Of a DNA stretch of 64,000 nucleotides, positions 1-15,899 are shown in pieces (the first letter of the stretch is position 1; every line of letters begins with the position of its first letter). This stretch comes from Eledone cirrhosa (Eukaryota), in the NCBI GenBank assembly GCA_964016885.1, contig OZ024752.1:10788001-10852000 (forward strand), given 5' to 3'. A program made the position numbers and the translations under genes. A model generated the notes under the pieces. It was not told the DNA's origin. It made no database searches and saw nothing but the letters and a program-made list of their open reading frames with translations.

Positions 1-1410
1 TTATAACTAACTGTGTATATAACTAAACTGTATATATAACTAACTGTGTATATAATTAACTATTTATATAACTAACTGTATATATAACTAACAGTGTATA
101 AAACTAACTGTATATATAACTAACTGTATATATAAGTAACTGTATATATAAGTAACTGTATATAACTAACTGTATATATAACTAACTGTATATATAAGTA
201 ACTGTGTATATAAGTAACTGTATATATAACTAACTGTATATATAAGTAACTGTATATATAACTAACTGTACATATGACTAACTGTTTATAACTAACTATT
301 TATAACTAAATGTATATATAACTAACTGTTTATAACTAACGTATATATATAGCTAACTATGTATAAGTAACTGTATATATAACTAACTGCGTATATAACT
401 AACTGTATATATAAGTAACTGTATATATAACTAACTGTATATATAACTAACTGTATATATAACTAACTTTATATATAAGTAACTGTATATATAACTAACT
501 GTATATATAAGTAACTGTATATATAACTAACTGTATATATAATGAACTGTGTATATAACTAACTTTATATATAAGTAACTGTATATATAACTAACTGTAT
601 ATATAACTAACTGTATATAATTAAATGTATATATAACTAACTTTATATATTACTAACTGTATATATAACTAACTGTATATATAACTAACTGTATATAATT
701 AAATGTATATATAACTAACTGTATATATAACTAATTATGTATATATAACTAACTGTATATATAACTAACTGTATATATAACTAACTGTATATATAACTAA
801 CTGTATATATAACTAACTATGTATATAAGTAACTGTATATATAACTAACTGTATATATAACTAACTGTATATATAACTAACTGTGTATAAACTTACTGTA
901 TATATAACTAACTGTATATATAAGTAACTGTATATAAAACAAACTGCGTATATAACTAACTGTATATATATATAACTGTATATATAACTAACTGTATATA
1001 TAACTAACTGTATATATAACTAACAGTGTATATAACTAACTGTATATATAACTAACTATATATATAAGTAACTATATATATGTAACTGTATATATAACTA
1101 ACTGTGTATATAACTAACTGTATATATATAACTAACTGTATATATAACTAACTGTGTATATACCTAACTGTATATATAACTAACTATATATATAAGTAAC
1201 TATATATAAGTAACTGTATATATAACTAACTGTATATATAACTAACTGTGTATATAACTAACCGTATATATAACTAACTATATATATAAGTAACTATATA
1301 TAAGTAACTGTATATATAACTAACTGTGTATATAACTAACTGTATATATAACTAACTGTATATAGAACCAACTGTGTATATAACTAACTGTGTATATAAC
1401 TAACTGTTTA
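1..1410. repeat. Minisatellite, 16-bp unit (ACTAACTGTATATATA)n, runs off the window start
   Basis: Unit repeated continuously with point variants (AAGTAACTG, GTGTATA). Confidence 0.95.
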
Positions 1411-1522
1411 CATGGCAACACAAGAATAAGGATGACGATGTCATTCTACTGAAATTGCTTAAAAGAGGAAGTTTTTGTATATTTGCAAACCAATCGAATA
1501 TTATTATTGATATTCGAAAATA

Positions 1523-1708
1523 AGGCGGTGAATAGGCAGTATCGGTAAATGGTCGGACGCCATGCTTTCCAGCATAGTTACGTCCCTTTACGGTCTGAGT
1601 CAAAATCCAGTCGAGGTTAACTTTGCCTTTCATCCTTACGGTGTCGATAAAATAAAGTACCAGTAATACACTGGTAATTTGCTGGCCTTGTGCCAAATGT
1701 ATAAGAAA
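1523..1708 (+). mobile_element. tRNA-derived SINE, family S1
   Basis: Pol III A-box-like AGGCAGTATCGG and degenerate B-box GAGTCAAAATCC; body GTTAACTTTGCCTTTCATCC...GTCGATAAAATAAAGTACCAGT shared with about 10 other copies in the window. Confidence 0.85.
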
Positions 1709-2034
1709 AACTCTGATTATATTTATATATTTAAATATATATGTATTGATGCTCCGACATCACGTGCGTGTGTGTGCGTGTGTAAATGTACGTATTCTAT
1801 ATTGCATAATATACGGGGTGTTTGTGAAAGATATTTCGAAGATCTTGTCTTGCTAAATGCGCAGCATTACTTCCCCAGTTTTTGCTGAGGTCGGGTGTGT
1901 GATGATAATCACAACCTTAAAATTCATAGGTAAAGGCCTTTACAATATTTCATTATTCAATATACAATACGTACAATCACACACACACACACACACACAC
2001 AGACATACACACATACATAAATAAATATATATAT

Positions 2035-2175
2035 AACGAAGGAAGTGTGGTAAGGAACCAGCTGAACCATAACGCACCAGAGTACTCAAAACTTTGGGTA
2101 GTAGAGTGGGTAATATTCCAGAATAAGCCGTTGAAACGGCATCAGCTCTGCCGCATGGGGTTTGGGGTGTTGAAC

Positions 2176-2176
<1 letters not shown>
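2035..2176 (-). mobile_element. Short (TA)n-inserted pLTR-like element, family X (diverged, with small inverted arm)
   Basis: AACGAAGGAAGTGTGGTAAGGAACC...ACCATAACGCACCA.AGTACTCAA matches copies at 4597, 36287, 39107, 48817 and 50423. Confidence 0.7.
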
Positions 2177-2231
<55 letters not shown>

Positions 2232-3187
2232 CGGGAATTTCTTAGTTATGTATTTTCAATATTTATTGAGTACTGCTGTGCTTCATTTGAAATAAGACGT
2301 AATGGAGAATTTTTTGAATTTTTCAGGGGACGAAAATTTAATATATGTATTTATTTACATCACTACTTTAACGAATTTATCTCGTAGGTTCTAGAGAAGA
2401 TTTAGATGCCAAGCAGACCCATAATATGCCATAAAGGAACGGATACAAATAATGAAGCTAATTCATTATTACAGCCGAGGCGACATTTAGATTTAATATA
2501 TTATGGTAACATAACAGTCATTTCTTTTATCAATAAAACCAAGTAAAACCGTCTTCAATTCAATGAATGAGATTCCTTTCTATAACAATTTGATAGTAAT
2601 GTATTTACTCAGGAAATGCACTTGTCAACCTTGTCCATAAAAAATTAAATATAGTTATTTTTAAATCTTCTATCAATCAGTATCAATTCTGCACTGCGTG
2701 TATATGGAGATTCTTGGAATATTCCCCGACTCTGTGTTTGTTTTCGCCATAGGATGGTGTCAAGATGTCTGTTACGAATAGTGCTTCTAAAAACTGTCAT
2801 ATTACTATGGCAGCCACCTGATTACACATGAAATTGAGTGATACAATAAATGTAAGGTGTTTATATTATTTGGTTTGCTGCACTAATTCCATTCTCTCGC
2901 AGTTTTAGAATACTGTAGAATTATATATTTGTGAGAACATACAGGGAAAATCTGTAACGCATCCCCACAACCAATAACGTATTCTAGAGAAGAATGGAAC
3001 CAAAAAGTCTCACAACTTAATAAAAAATATAATATAACCGTAATACGACATAGAATAAACATAAACCTGAGGACCATAAAACCAATCAAAATATAGAACA
3101 AGCATAAAGAAAATCTTGATCCTCTGCACATGAAATTAAACCATATTTATAAAAGATAAATTAAGGGTTTTAATACCTCGCCTAGAG

Positions 3188-3460
3188 AAGGTGTGTGGAT
3201 GAGTGGTTAGAGAATTGGATTTGCAATCGTGAGGTTGTGAATTCGATATCCGGACCGGGCGATGCATTAGGTCCTTTGGCAAGACACTTTATTTCACATT
3301 ACTCCTTCTACCTGGAGTTGCGACCGATAGAGAGTATTAGCAATTGGAAAGAGCAATGGAAACATCGTTTCCTCGGTCCGATTTGACGAAAAAGTCGATC
3401 GACTGTCTATACCCCGCCAGTAAAAGACCGAGATGGTCAATGCCAGACCTTTGTGGTGAA
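3188..3460 (+). mobile_element. tRNA-derived SINE, family S2
   Basis: A box TGGATGAGTGG, B box GAATTCGATATC, CORE-like GTCCTTTGGCAAGACACTTTATTTCAC; homologous to 11256, 13410 and 50597. Confidence 0.8.
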
Positions 3461-3764
3461 ATTTCTTTTTTATGGTAATTATCATACTTATGAAATGAAA
3501 TCTATGATTCATTTTAACTCTCACTCTGACCGTTTTACTACACAGTTATACGTATGTGTATGTATATATATATTCTATGTATGTAAGGACAGGTAACTCT
3601 TTGCGGAGTCGTAAGGACACCGTATTGACATACGACGTTTCTTTGGCCTTTTTCTTAAAACCTGACAGAGCCCACGTCCTCCCCAGGTCTTAATACGGCA
3701 GCTTTATTCAAGAGAATGTGAGAGTGAGGGAATGAAAGAATGGTAATAAGAAAAAGATATATAT

Positions 3765-3885
3765 GAAGAACCGACCCCAGTACTAGGCTTGTACTTTTTT
3801 TATTGACCTCGAATGGATAAAAGCCAAAGTTGACTTCGGAGGGGATTTGAACTCAGAGAACGAATTTGCCGATTCACCACCTTTG
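3765..3885 (-). mobile_element. SINE S1, degenerate and internally deleted
   Basis: GGGATTTGAACTCAG (B box, reverse strand) and GCCAAAGTTGACTTCGG. Confidence 0.7.
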
Positions 3886-4295
3886 TTTCTTAATTAAAAC
3901 GTATTTATAGTCAGGTTTATAAATACAGATGGATTAGATGATGGCTCCAATAACTTTAAAACAACCAATGTACGCGCTCTATACAAACAATAGTCAAAGC
4001 CTTATTTAGGCATAACTCAAAACAATGGCTTGCAATTTGCAATGCCTGTAGTAAGTCCAAAAACTACAAATTCAGTATTTTCAATTTCCTGAGTAGATTA
4101 TCACGTGAATCACATCTCTCATCTACTAATTCTTGTCATCCCGCTTTCGCAAAATACAAACACAGCTTCATGAAAACGTAGTTCCACCCTACATCACTCC
4201 CCTAGAAACTAGGATACCAAATCCCATGTTTTCCTATGCTGAAACAACATCAAAGAACATCAGATAGTCGTAGCTATTCAATACACTCAGCAATA

Positions 4296-4338
<43 letters not shown>

Positions 4339-4344
4339 CGTGTT

Positions 4345-4580
4345 AAGTAATTCGGAAGGAAAAGCAAAGGAAAAAAGAGTGCTCTATGTATAGAACAGAG
4401 CTATTTAATTAGAAAGCGAACAACACAAAATATAACTACTCTATTACCAAAGGTTTCTGGATCCCAGATAATATTAATATGTCTGATGACCGCTCCAGAC
4501 GTATATTAATATTGCCTGGGATCCAGAAACCTTTGGTAATGGAGAAGTTCTATTTTCTGTTGTTCATTTTCTAACTAAAT
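4345..4580. repeat. Fold-back inverted repeat (arms 4403-4580) between microsatellites
   Basis: CCAAAGGTTTCTGGATCCCAG pairs with CTGGGATCCAGAAACCTTTGG; loop GTCTGATGACCGCTCCAGAC. Confidence 0.85.
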
Positions 4581-4596
4581 ATATATATATATATAT

Positions 4597-4740
4597 TAGC
4601 CGAATTAGCAGAATTAGCCGTCGAAATGGCTTGAGCTCAGCCGTCGGGGTCTTACTGGTTCCTATTACCCACTCTACTACCCTAAGTATTGAGTACTTTG
4701 GTGCGTTATGGTCCACCTGGTTCCTTACCACATTCCCTTC

Positions 4741-4743
<3 letters not shown>
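4597..4743 (+). mobile_element. Family X element in (TA)n
   Basis: AGAATTAGCCGTCGAAATGGCTTGAGCTCAG...TATTGAGTACTTTGG...CCTTCGTT, flanked on both sides by (TA)n. Confidence 0.8.
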
Positions 4744-4791
<48 letters not shown>

Positions 4792-4820
4792 GTGGTTACA
4801 CAACAATTAGTTCACCATAC

Positions 4821-4857
4821 CGAGAACAATTGTTTCACCTTAGCGGATCCTCAGCTC

Positions 4858-4858
<1 letters not shown>
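4821..4858 (-). ncRNA. Minimal type-I hammerhead ribozyme (family W)
   Basis: Reverse strand reads CGAG CTGAGGA TCCGCTAAGGT GAAA CAATTG TT CTCG: stem I CGAG/CTCG, palindromic stem III, GUU site. Degenerate family copies at 17741-17878 and 32920-33045. Confidence 0.75.
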
Positions 4859-4939
<81 letters not shown>

Positions 4940-5531
4940 ACACATCTCAAACCAAAATAGAAGACATGATATACAAAGGAAAATTGATGCAAATATATAC
5001 AAGTGTGTGTTTTTGTCTGATTCTGTGTGTATCATCGAATATAGAACTATAGCTAAAATAACACTTGGATTTTTATAAATATCACTGAACACAGTTTGTC
5101 TTTAGCGGAGATTTCTTTTGCAAGTGAATGTATCTGAGAAGTACGTTTCATCTGCAGTTATTAACTTAGATGCCTCATGGTGATGAGTATAAACATTTAT
5201 GCGCCATTACATCCACTTCTATTTCTTGATAATATATCATCATATAAAATGTCAAATGTCACGTTAAAGTACAACATGGACACTAACTTAGCTTCATTAA
5301 ACATACATAGGAAGTTGTCAACATTCAGTGAACAATTTCTACTTACATGTTCGAATATGTTAACGCTTTAGAATATATATTATTCCGAAATGAACAAATT
5401 TGATTATATATTTACGTTTCTCAAATGGATTTTATATGTGAATATATAGATTTGGGGTGGTGTATGTAGGTACAATATATGGCGGCGAATTGGCAGAGAT
5501 GCTAGAATGTCGGATAGGATGCTTTATAATA

Positions 5532-5602
<71 letters not shown>

Positions 5603-5624
5603 TTATATTTATATCTTTATATAT

Positions 5625-6116
5625 AAAGGATAAGAGCATATCGTTATAGGTAATCCAATTAGAGGTTGTGAATACTTCTTATTATGGATAGTTTTAGAAT
5701 ACGGCATTGTTTGACTCAACAAGAGGTTTACATAGATGAGGAGTTTATGATTTTACTTGTATTACTATCTAAGTTTATCTTGGAGTAATAAAATTGAAAA
5801 GGTAGAGAATAACATGGTCAACAGTGCAAAAACGGGGGATTTATTTACAGTTTAACAATTGTTTCACTGATAACGATGTCTAAAAATTCCTGAACACTAG
5901 CAGCAGTGCCACTCAATTTTATATACGATGTTAGCTCGATCAGACCTTCAGCAACTGTTGTCTCTGAAGATCTGTCCGAGGTAACATCGTATTTAAAATT
6001 GAGTGGCACTGCTTCTAGTGTTCAACAATTTTTAGACATCTTTATCAGTGAAACATTAAAACTCTAAATAAATCCCCCTGTTTTGTACTGTTGAACATGT
6101 TATTCTCTACTTTTTC
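5625..6116. mobile_element. Family Z pLTR-like element as asymmetric fold-back (arms 5796-6116, centre about 5955)
   Basis: GCAGTGCCACTCAATTTT pairs with AAAATTGAGTGGCACTGC; long arm matches the single copy at 45438-45745. Confidence 0.85.
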
Positions 6117-6240
6117 TATATATTTATATATATATTTATTTATTTAAATATATATATATATTTATTTAAATATATATACATATATATATATATATTTAAA
6201 TATATATATATATATTTATTTAAATATATATATATTTATT

Positions 6241-6308
<68 letters not shown>

Positions 6309-6313
6309 TATAG

Positions 6314-6346
<33 letters not shown>

Positions 6347-6667
6347 TATAACTAAAAAGCACATGGAAAAAGCACAAGCATTGTGATTTTTTTGCTTGTG
6401 TTTTTTACTTATACCTATTACACTAACAACCAGCACGGCCTGTAATTGTGTTCTTTCAAGCAGAACATCCTTTTAACTCCTGACTCTCCACATGATGCCT
6501 TTGACACTAATAACAATTATGTACCTTAAATGTTCTAAATGACTAAGATTTTAGTTACATGTTTCGACAATCCCTATGCTCCGATCATTCCAGACTTCCC
6601 TCTGCAAGTAACAATTGTCAGCAAATAAATGTTCTAAACTAAAATTTGATCGCTTTAAGACTTTGTA

Positions 6668-7900
<1,233 letters not shown>

Positions 7901-8013
7901 GTTAGAATATGTGTAATAAGGCCAAGACAATGCAGATATGGACATAGAAAAAAGAATGCAATAGTGAGAGATATTGATGAGAATTCGTCTTTCACCTTGA
8001 ATTTATTTAAATG

Positions 8014-8050
8014 TCCTTAATTTTCGAGATAATATCTCTTCTTCGGAGGG
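8014..8050 (-). ncRNA. Hammerhead variant in PLE1 pLTR (core CCGAAGA)
   Basis: Reverse strand reads CCT CCGAAGA A GAGAT ATT ATCTC GAAA AT TA AGG. Confidence 0.55.
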
Positions 8051-8426
8051 AAGTAAAAGTCTCAGACCAGCGTCTTAAATTTCCAATGAAGCCATGCTGA
8101 CCGGAAATAGTATAGAGTTCTAACTTTAATATCAAAGAATTAAAATTAGGTGGGTAAAGAGTAGTCTCCCTTTAAGAGGGGTTTGTTTATGTTTTTGTTG
8201 TGTTTTTTAAATTTTATATGCGTGCCTGTATATGTGTGTGGGAGAAAACATGAAGGTGTAGGTATGTGTGTGTGTGAGTGTGGGAAGATAGGTCTAATCG
8301 TAAAAGTGGGGGGTAGGTGTTATCTGGTGTTAGAACTGGTTTTGTGTGTGTATGTGTGAGAGAGAATAAGTGGAGGTTATGTGCGTGCGTGTGTGTGGGG
8401 TGTGTAAAGTGGGGCTAGAGGCCCTA

Positions 8427-9506
8427 TCAGGTTATAAATTGGGTGTTGAGCTCTAGTCTATTATTGATTGGTGGATGTGTTCTATCTATAATGAGTGCTT
8501 CCTTGATTCTAAGATTACCGAGGTTTCTATCTTTAGTTTCTATCCTAACTGTTATGTTTTTATCAGTGTTTTTGCATTTAACTAGGTGTTTCTTAAATGA
8601 GGAAGCGTTAGTATTGAGGTGTTCTTTTATTCTTATGTGGAGTGGTCTGGTGGTGCTACCTACGTAGAAGTTGTTGCATTTGTCACACTCTAGTCTGTAA
8701 ACTACGTAAGCCTGGTGGCATAGGTCTGTGTCGTTGATGGGGCAGTTGGCTAGTCTGCAGCAGTTGTTATGTCTGGTGGAGTGTCTCTTAGCTAGCCGTC
8801 CACGCAAAGAAGGACCCGAATGGGCCAGTTGAATATCCAGACCTTCTCGTCTGATGGCTCTGTGGATGGCTGTTGTTGTTTCTTCACTGAAGTGTGGGAG
8901 CTTCAGGAAGCAAGTGTTAGTGCCTCGGGTGTGGTGTCCTCTGTTCTTTCTGGCACGGTTTGTGGTGGATGTCGTGTATCCGTTCAGTTTGAGTACTTCC
9001 AGGAAATGTGTGGTGTGTGTGTCTCGGTCTCTGGCGTCGGTGCATTTGTTCTTGATACGTGCCAGTTCGTTCTTTATGTATCCGAACTTGGCGCCGAGTG
9101 GGAGGGCCGATCTGAAATGTACGAACAGGTCCCTGCTGGCGGATTTTTTATAGAAGCAGGTGTGGATGTTGCCTTCCTCTGTTACCCTGAGTTGGAAGTC
9201 CAGCAGGGATAGGGATCCGCGGTCATCGGGGTGTTCTATGCTGAACTTTATACTGGCGTCCATGCTGGAGAATGTTGTGTATATTTTCTCTGCCTCTTCA
9301 CGGGATGATGTAAGGATGAGTATGTCATCTACATATCGGGTGAAGAAGGCATGGTAATGGCAGGTGTTGAGGGCTGGGCATTCTAGCTGGTTCATGTAAG
9401 TGATGGCCAGCAGGCCAGAGAGGCTGGATCCCATGGGTAATCCTGTTGTCTGTCTGTATGTGTGGTGGTGGAAGGTGAAGTACGTGTTGTCTACTGTGAA
9501 GGACAA
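8427..9506 (-). CDS. PLE reverse transcriptase (partial) plus C-terminal GIY-YIG endonuclease
   Basis: [23 protein letters not shown]-like [41 protein letters not shown]...PPIN. Confidence 0.93.
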   Translation of the reverse strand: MSFTVDNTYFTFHHHTYRQTTGLPMGSSLSGLLAITYMNQLECPALNTCHYHAFFTRYVDDILILTSSREEAEKIYTTFSSMDASIKFSIEHPDDRGSLSLLDFQLRVTEEGNIHTCFYKKSASRDLFVHFRSALPLGAKFGYIKNELARIKNKCTDARDRDTHTTHFLEVLKLNGYTTSTTNRARKNRGHHTRGTNTCFLKLPHFSEETTTAIHRAIRREGLDIQLAHSGPSLRGRLAKRHSTRHNNCCRLANCPINDTDLCHQAYVVYRLECDKCNNFYVGSTTRPLHIRIKEHLNTNASSFKKHLVKCKNTDKNITVRIETKDRNLGNLRIKEALIIDRTHPPINNRLELNTQFIT

Positions 9507-9620
9507 AAGTTGGTGTATGTCCGTCGGGTGGAGGCCGTAGCATATATATATATATATAAATTAATATATATATATAAATAAATATATATATATAAATAAA
9601 TATATATATATATAAATATA

Positions 9621-9712
<92 letters not shown>

Positions 9713-9754
9713 AATTAATATATATATATAAATAAATATATATATATAAATATA

Positions 9755-9799
<45 letters not shown>

Positions 9800-9801
<2 letters not shown>

Positions 9802-10180
9802 ACTCAACAAGATGTTTTCATAGCTATGTAGCCAGTTCGTCAGGAACGTATACTTTCCTGCCAATTGGGCTACTCAGCCGTTAATATGCATAAGGTAAGT
9901 ATATACGTTCAACAATCTGGCAAGAAGGTATACGTTGCTGACTATAGCTAATAAGCTTGAAACTAGCGTTCCTTTGTCAGTGTTGAACAAACGAGCAACG
10001 ATGGTTGCTGGACACTACGGCTTAATACGGGATGTTTGTTTAAAACACACCGAGCATTATAATAAATGTTCGGTGTATCCATACGTACATATATATGTGT
10101 GTGTGCATGTATGTATATATATATACATACTACTGTACGTCTGTATACATATATGTATGTACGTGTACATACTTATATGT
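9800..10180 (+). mobile_element. Family Y pLTR-like element with degenerate HHR (9932-9970) and short inverted 5' arm
   Basis: Homologous to 36422-36850 and 52380-52800; CTGACTA TAGCTAATAAGCTT GAAACTAG. Confidence 0.75.
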
Positions 10181-10534
10181 ATATATATTTATTTATATAT
10201 ATATATATATATATTTATTTATATATATTTATTCATATATATATATATATATATATTCATATATATATATATATATATATATATAAGTAAATATACATAT
10301 ATATATATAAAAATAAGTATATATATATATATATATTTATTCAGGTTAGAGGTTCACCACTGTATAGAGATGGTTTATTCCGTATGGTCAATCATAATGC
10401 AATAATATCGAGAGTACTCAACGTAAGGCAGTTCAACCGTCTTTGTTTTTGTAGTTGGTGGTGCTATTACGGAGTTAAATATTATAATGAAATGACAGGA
10501 GGCTGGATTTGTGTAAATCCTTGAAAGGTTTATT

Positions 10535-10592
10535 ATACTATGATCATTTCAATGACCGGATTCCGTATGAATCCGGTGATATCATCAGGTAT
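10535..10592 (-). ncRNA. Type-I hammerhead ribozyme (left arm)
   Basis: Reverse strand reads ATAC CTGATGA TATC ACCGGATTC ATACG GAATCCGGT CATT GAAA TGATCA TA GTAT. Confidence 0.8.
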
Positions 10593-10780
10593 TCGAAATA
10601 TAATACGTGAATGTAATAGATAAAATCCATGGGGCTGAAAATCGAGGACCCGAGGGTGACCGCTATTCTGTTCCTTCAACCTCAGCCGGTCGCCCTGGAG
10701 AACAGAAAAGCGGTCGCCCTTGGGTCCTCGATTTTCAGCCCCATGGATTTCATCTATTACATTCACGTATTATATTTCGA

Positions 10781-10838
10781 ATACCTGATGATATCACCGG
10801 ATTCATACGGAACCCGGTCATTGAAATGATCATAGTAT
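10781..10838 (+). ncRNA. Type-I hammerhead ribozyme (right arm)
   Basis: ATAC CTGATGA ... ACCGGATTC/GAACCCGGT ... GAAA TGATCA TA GTAT. Confidence 0.78.
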
Positions 10839-11094
10839 AATAAACCTTTCAAGGATTTACACAAATCCAGCCTCCTGTCATTTCATTATTATATATATAT
10901 ATGAATAAATATATATAAATAAACATATATATATATAAATATATATATAAATATATATATATATAAATAAATATATATAAATAAATATATATATATAAAT
11001 AAATATATATATATAAATAAATATATATAAATACATAAATATATATATATATAAATAAATATATATATATATAAATAAATATATATATATGTAA

Positions 11095-11151
<57 letters not shown>

Positions 11152-11210
11152 TAAATATATATATATATAAATAAATATATATATATATATAAATAAATAT
11201 ATATATATGA

Positions 11211-11241
<31 letters not shown>

Positions 11242-11255
11242 CATATGTGTGTGTG

Positions 11256-11640
11256 AAGGCGTGTGGCTGAGTGGTTGGGGAATTGGATTCGCAATCATGA
11301 GGTTGCGAGCTCGATTCCTGGACCAGGCGATGCGTTATGTCCTTGAGCAAGGTACTTTATTTCACTTTGCTCCTTCTACATGGAGTTGCGACCGATAGAT
11401 CGTACTAGCAACTGGAAAGACCAACGGAAATATTGTTTCCACGGTCCGATTTGACGAAAGTCGATCGTTCCTAAAAAAAAAATGATTTAGCTTAGACGTC
11501 ACTGATGCCAAGCTATATCGGCCATTGCCCTTCCCTTGGATAACATCGGTGGCGTGGAGAGGGGAGGCTTATTGGTTGGGCGACTGCTGATCTTTCACAG
11601 ACAACCTTGCCTGGACTTCTGCCTGAAGGGGGTCTGTACC
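11256..11640 (+). mobile_element. SINE S2, long copy with 3' tail region
   Basis: TGGCTGAGTGG A box, GAGCTCGATTCC B box, TGTCCTTGAGCAAGG central domain. Confidence 0.8.
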
Positions 11641-11647
11641 CTTTTTG

Positions 11648-11705
<58 letters not shown>

Positions 11706-11708
11706 GGT

Positions 11709-11744
<36 letters not shown>

Positions 11745-13184
11745 CTAGCAGTAAAGCCCGGCGTTGCTCGGGGTCGCTCAGTAGCTGTGTTAAAGTTACA
11801 ATGTTAAGTTTCTTTTTTGGCTTAAAAACTGTAGTGTCTACTGTGCAGACTTGCATGTGGTGTTTTTGATTAATATTCCCTCAACCAACAATATGCCTTA
11901 TGAAGTTAAGAAAACATAACGATAACCCGAATGTTATAACAAAAGAGGATGCTGGGGATAAAAACTGCACTGGTTATTTATTAACAAAGATCGAAAATGT
12001 AAACACTGCAACGCAGAGAAAAACATTAGCGTAACCAAATTATCAGTTATGTCTGTCTGCACGCCTATATCACCTCTCTGCACGACTGTCTGTCTGCACG
12101 CCTATATCACCTCTCTGCACGACTGTCTGTCTGCACGCCTATATCACCTCTCTGCACGACTATCTGTCTGCACGCGTATATCACCTCTCTGCACGACTGT
12201 CTGTCTGCACGACTGTCTGTCTGCACGCCTAACGACGAAATATTTGCTTGTTTTACGTAGTCTTTAAATAGACTTGTTTTCAAGTAAAAATATTGTTTTA
12301 AAATGCTTTTAAATGGAAATGAAGCAAAACGGAAGCTTAGTGTTCGAACTGATGAATTTTGCAGGTCAATAAAAGTTACAATGTTAAGTTTCTTTCTTGG
12401 CTTAAAAACTGTAGTGTCTACTGTGCAGACTTGCATGTGGTGTTTTTGATTAATATTCCCTCAACCAACAATATGCCTTATGAAGTTAAGAAAACATAAC
12501 GATAACCCGAATGTTATAACAAAAGAGGATGCTGGGGATAGAAACTGCACTGGTTATTTATTAACAAAGATCGAAAATGTAAACACTGCAACGCAGAGAA
12601 AAACATTAGCGTAACCAAATTATCAGTTATGTCTGTCTGCACGCCTATATCACCTCTCTGCACGCCTATATCACCTCTCTGCACGACTGTCTGTCTGCAC
12701 GCGTATATCACATCTCTGCACAACTGTCTGTCTGCACGACTGTCTGTCTGCACGCCTAACGACGAAATATTTACTTGTTTTACGTAGTCTTTAAATAGAC
12801 TTGTTTTCAAGTAAAAATATTGTTTTAAAATGCTTTTAAATGGAAATGAAGCAAAACGGAAGCTTAGTGTTCGAACTGATGAATTTTGCAGGTCAATATT
12901 TTGCTGGCTCGACAACTGTTAAAGCCAGCGTAATTTTTTACGTAAGACGCTCAATGTAAACAGAACAAAGGGAAATAACTGATCACTTACGCTCAAAAAT
13001 CGATACATTATATTCGATTTCGTCACATAGGGTGGGTCAATTTGAAATTTTTTTTTCCGATGTCTTCGCTAGGGCTCAATGTACAAGTATAGCAATTTCG
13101 GTGCAATTCCGTGAGAGATTCTAAGAGGAGATGTGTGCCAAAAATCGATAGACAGACAGACAACCACAGTTTTATATATATAGA
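11745..13184 (-). mobile_element. Non-autonomous Helitron
   Basis: On the minus strand: A|TC 5' end at 13184, subterminal hairpin CCCGAGCAACGCCGGG, CTAG|T 3' end at 11745, inserted at an AT within (TA)n with no TSD. Confidence 0.8.
11792..12898. repeat. Tandem duplication of about 580 bp inside the Helitron, each copy with a 37-bp (21+16) minisatellite
   Basis: AAAGTTACAATGTTAAG at 11792 and 12372; units CACGCCTATATCACCTCTCTG and CACGACTGTCTGTCTG. Confidence 0.92.
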
Positions 13185-13254
13185 TATATATATATTTATA
13201 TATGTGTGAAATAAAATATATATGTCAAATATTTAAAATTTGGCTTCGTTTACT

Positions 13255-13310
13255 ACTGCTATATATATTTTGGTGACAGCGATCTTTGGCTGTGATCTCT
13301 TCAGGCAGTC
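13255..13310 (-). ncRNA. Degenerate hammerhead (GAAA mutated to AAAA)
   Basis: Reverse strand reads ACTGC CTGAAGA GATCACAGC CAAAGATC GCTGTCACC AAAA TATATA TA GCAGT. Confidence 0.55.
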
Positions 13311-13409
13311 CGAATTGTTGTGGTAGAGACGAGTAGACATGTTGTTGACGTGTTTAACTTCGTCAATATATATATATAAATAAATAAATATATATATATA
13401 TATAAAGAG

Positions 13410-13625
13410 GATCGATCGACTTTCGTCAAATCGGACCGAAGAAACAATGTTTCCGTCGGTCTTTCCAATTGCTAATACTATCTATCGGTCGCAACTCCAG
13501 GTAGAAGGAGAAACGTGAAATAAAGTGTCTTGCTCAAGGACATAACGCACTGTCGGTCCAGGAATCGAACTCACAACCTCACGATGGCGTATCCAATTCT
13601 CTAACCACTCAGCCACACGCCTTCA
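13410..13625 (-). mobile_element. SINE S2
   Basis: Reverse complement of 11256-11470. Confidence 0.85.
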
Positions 13626-13635
13626 CACACACACA

Positions 13636-15110
<1,475 letters not shown>

Positions 15111-15116
15111 TCATAT

Positions 15117-15235
15117 AAAATATTAAACAAATAATGAATAAACAATTCCTTATATTAAACAAAAAAAATTCATTATTTAACGATCGTTTCTAGGGTATAC
15201 ATGTGTTATAATTGGTATGCATATTCAACAGATCT
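15117..15235 (-). mobile_element. pLTR-like family T segment with degenerate HHR (GAAA CGATCG TT)
   Basis: Homologous to 17265-17450 (+) and 23611-23926. Confidence 0.7.
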
Positions 15236-15899
15236 ATGTACAAAATTATACAAAATTATACAAATTATCAAGATTAAATATACATACCTAACACATATAT
15301 ACGCCGTCTTCAGAAATAATGAAGTATATTTATTGATAATAACAACAATTCAAAATATCAGTTCAAAATTGACCAACGAAAACACAAAGGGTTAAAAGCA
15401 GTTCGGTGTGTGTATATACATGTAAAATCCTTACACATATTTTACAATAATGTGTGTATAATTTGTATGCGCATACTAAAAAGATGGATGCAAACACAAA
15501 ATTTCAAGGTTAATATCTCTGTAAGCTTAATGCGCTGATAAGATGCGCATTGATACTTATGGAGTCAAGCATATAAATATATTTTTTCATACTCACACAT
15601 ATCAGTATAATCACACATACATGCGCGTATATGCATAAATATACACATAACCACGAACATACAAACACACACACTCCCCCACTCACATTTATATATGTGG
15701 ATATAAAATCATAAGCACATAGAAATTAAGTCACTCACATAAAACACTGGCACACACATTTCAAGATCAAGATACAGAAATTAGGTGGAGGGGGGGGAGG
15801 GGTCAGTATTCAATTGTCTGAGCAGACTGCCTAATATAAATGTATCTATAAATTAAGAAAAATAAAAAAATAAAAACAATAAAATATAATAAATATAAT

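Larger units (their letters stand above)
10340..10889. mobile_element. Near-perfect fold-back element (arms 10483-10889, about 195 bp each) in (TA)n
   Basis: Arms are almost identical reverse complements; the ORF track shows near-identical 77-aa peptides on both strands. Confidence 0.92.

Noticed and set aside
1-1410. Telomeric or CRISPR-like repeat
   Set aside because: A spacerless, degenerate 16-bp AT-rich minisatellite with no G-rich telomere motif.
4403-4580. Palindromes as classical MITEs
   Set aside because: The arms are asymmetric, one extends to a family-fixed 3' end, the centres vary between copies, and single-arm copies exist. This fits retro-inversion better than TIR transposons.
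8427-9506. Naiad/Chlamys-type PLE (N-terminal endonuclease, possible selenocysteine)
   Set aside because: GIY-YIG is C-terminal in all three PLE families here and no in-frame UGA read-through is needed.
10533-10840. Pair of near-identical 77-aa ORFs on opposite strands
   Set aside because: A by-product of the palindrome.
11256-11330. tRNA genes at the S1/S2 heads
   Set aside because: A and B boxes are present, but there is no good cloverleaf and each head continues into a repeated SINE body.
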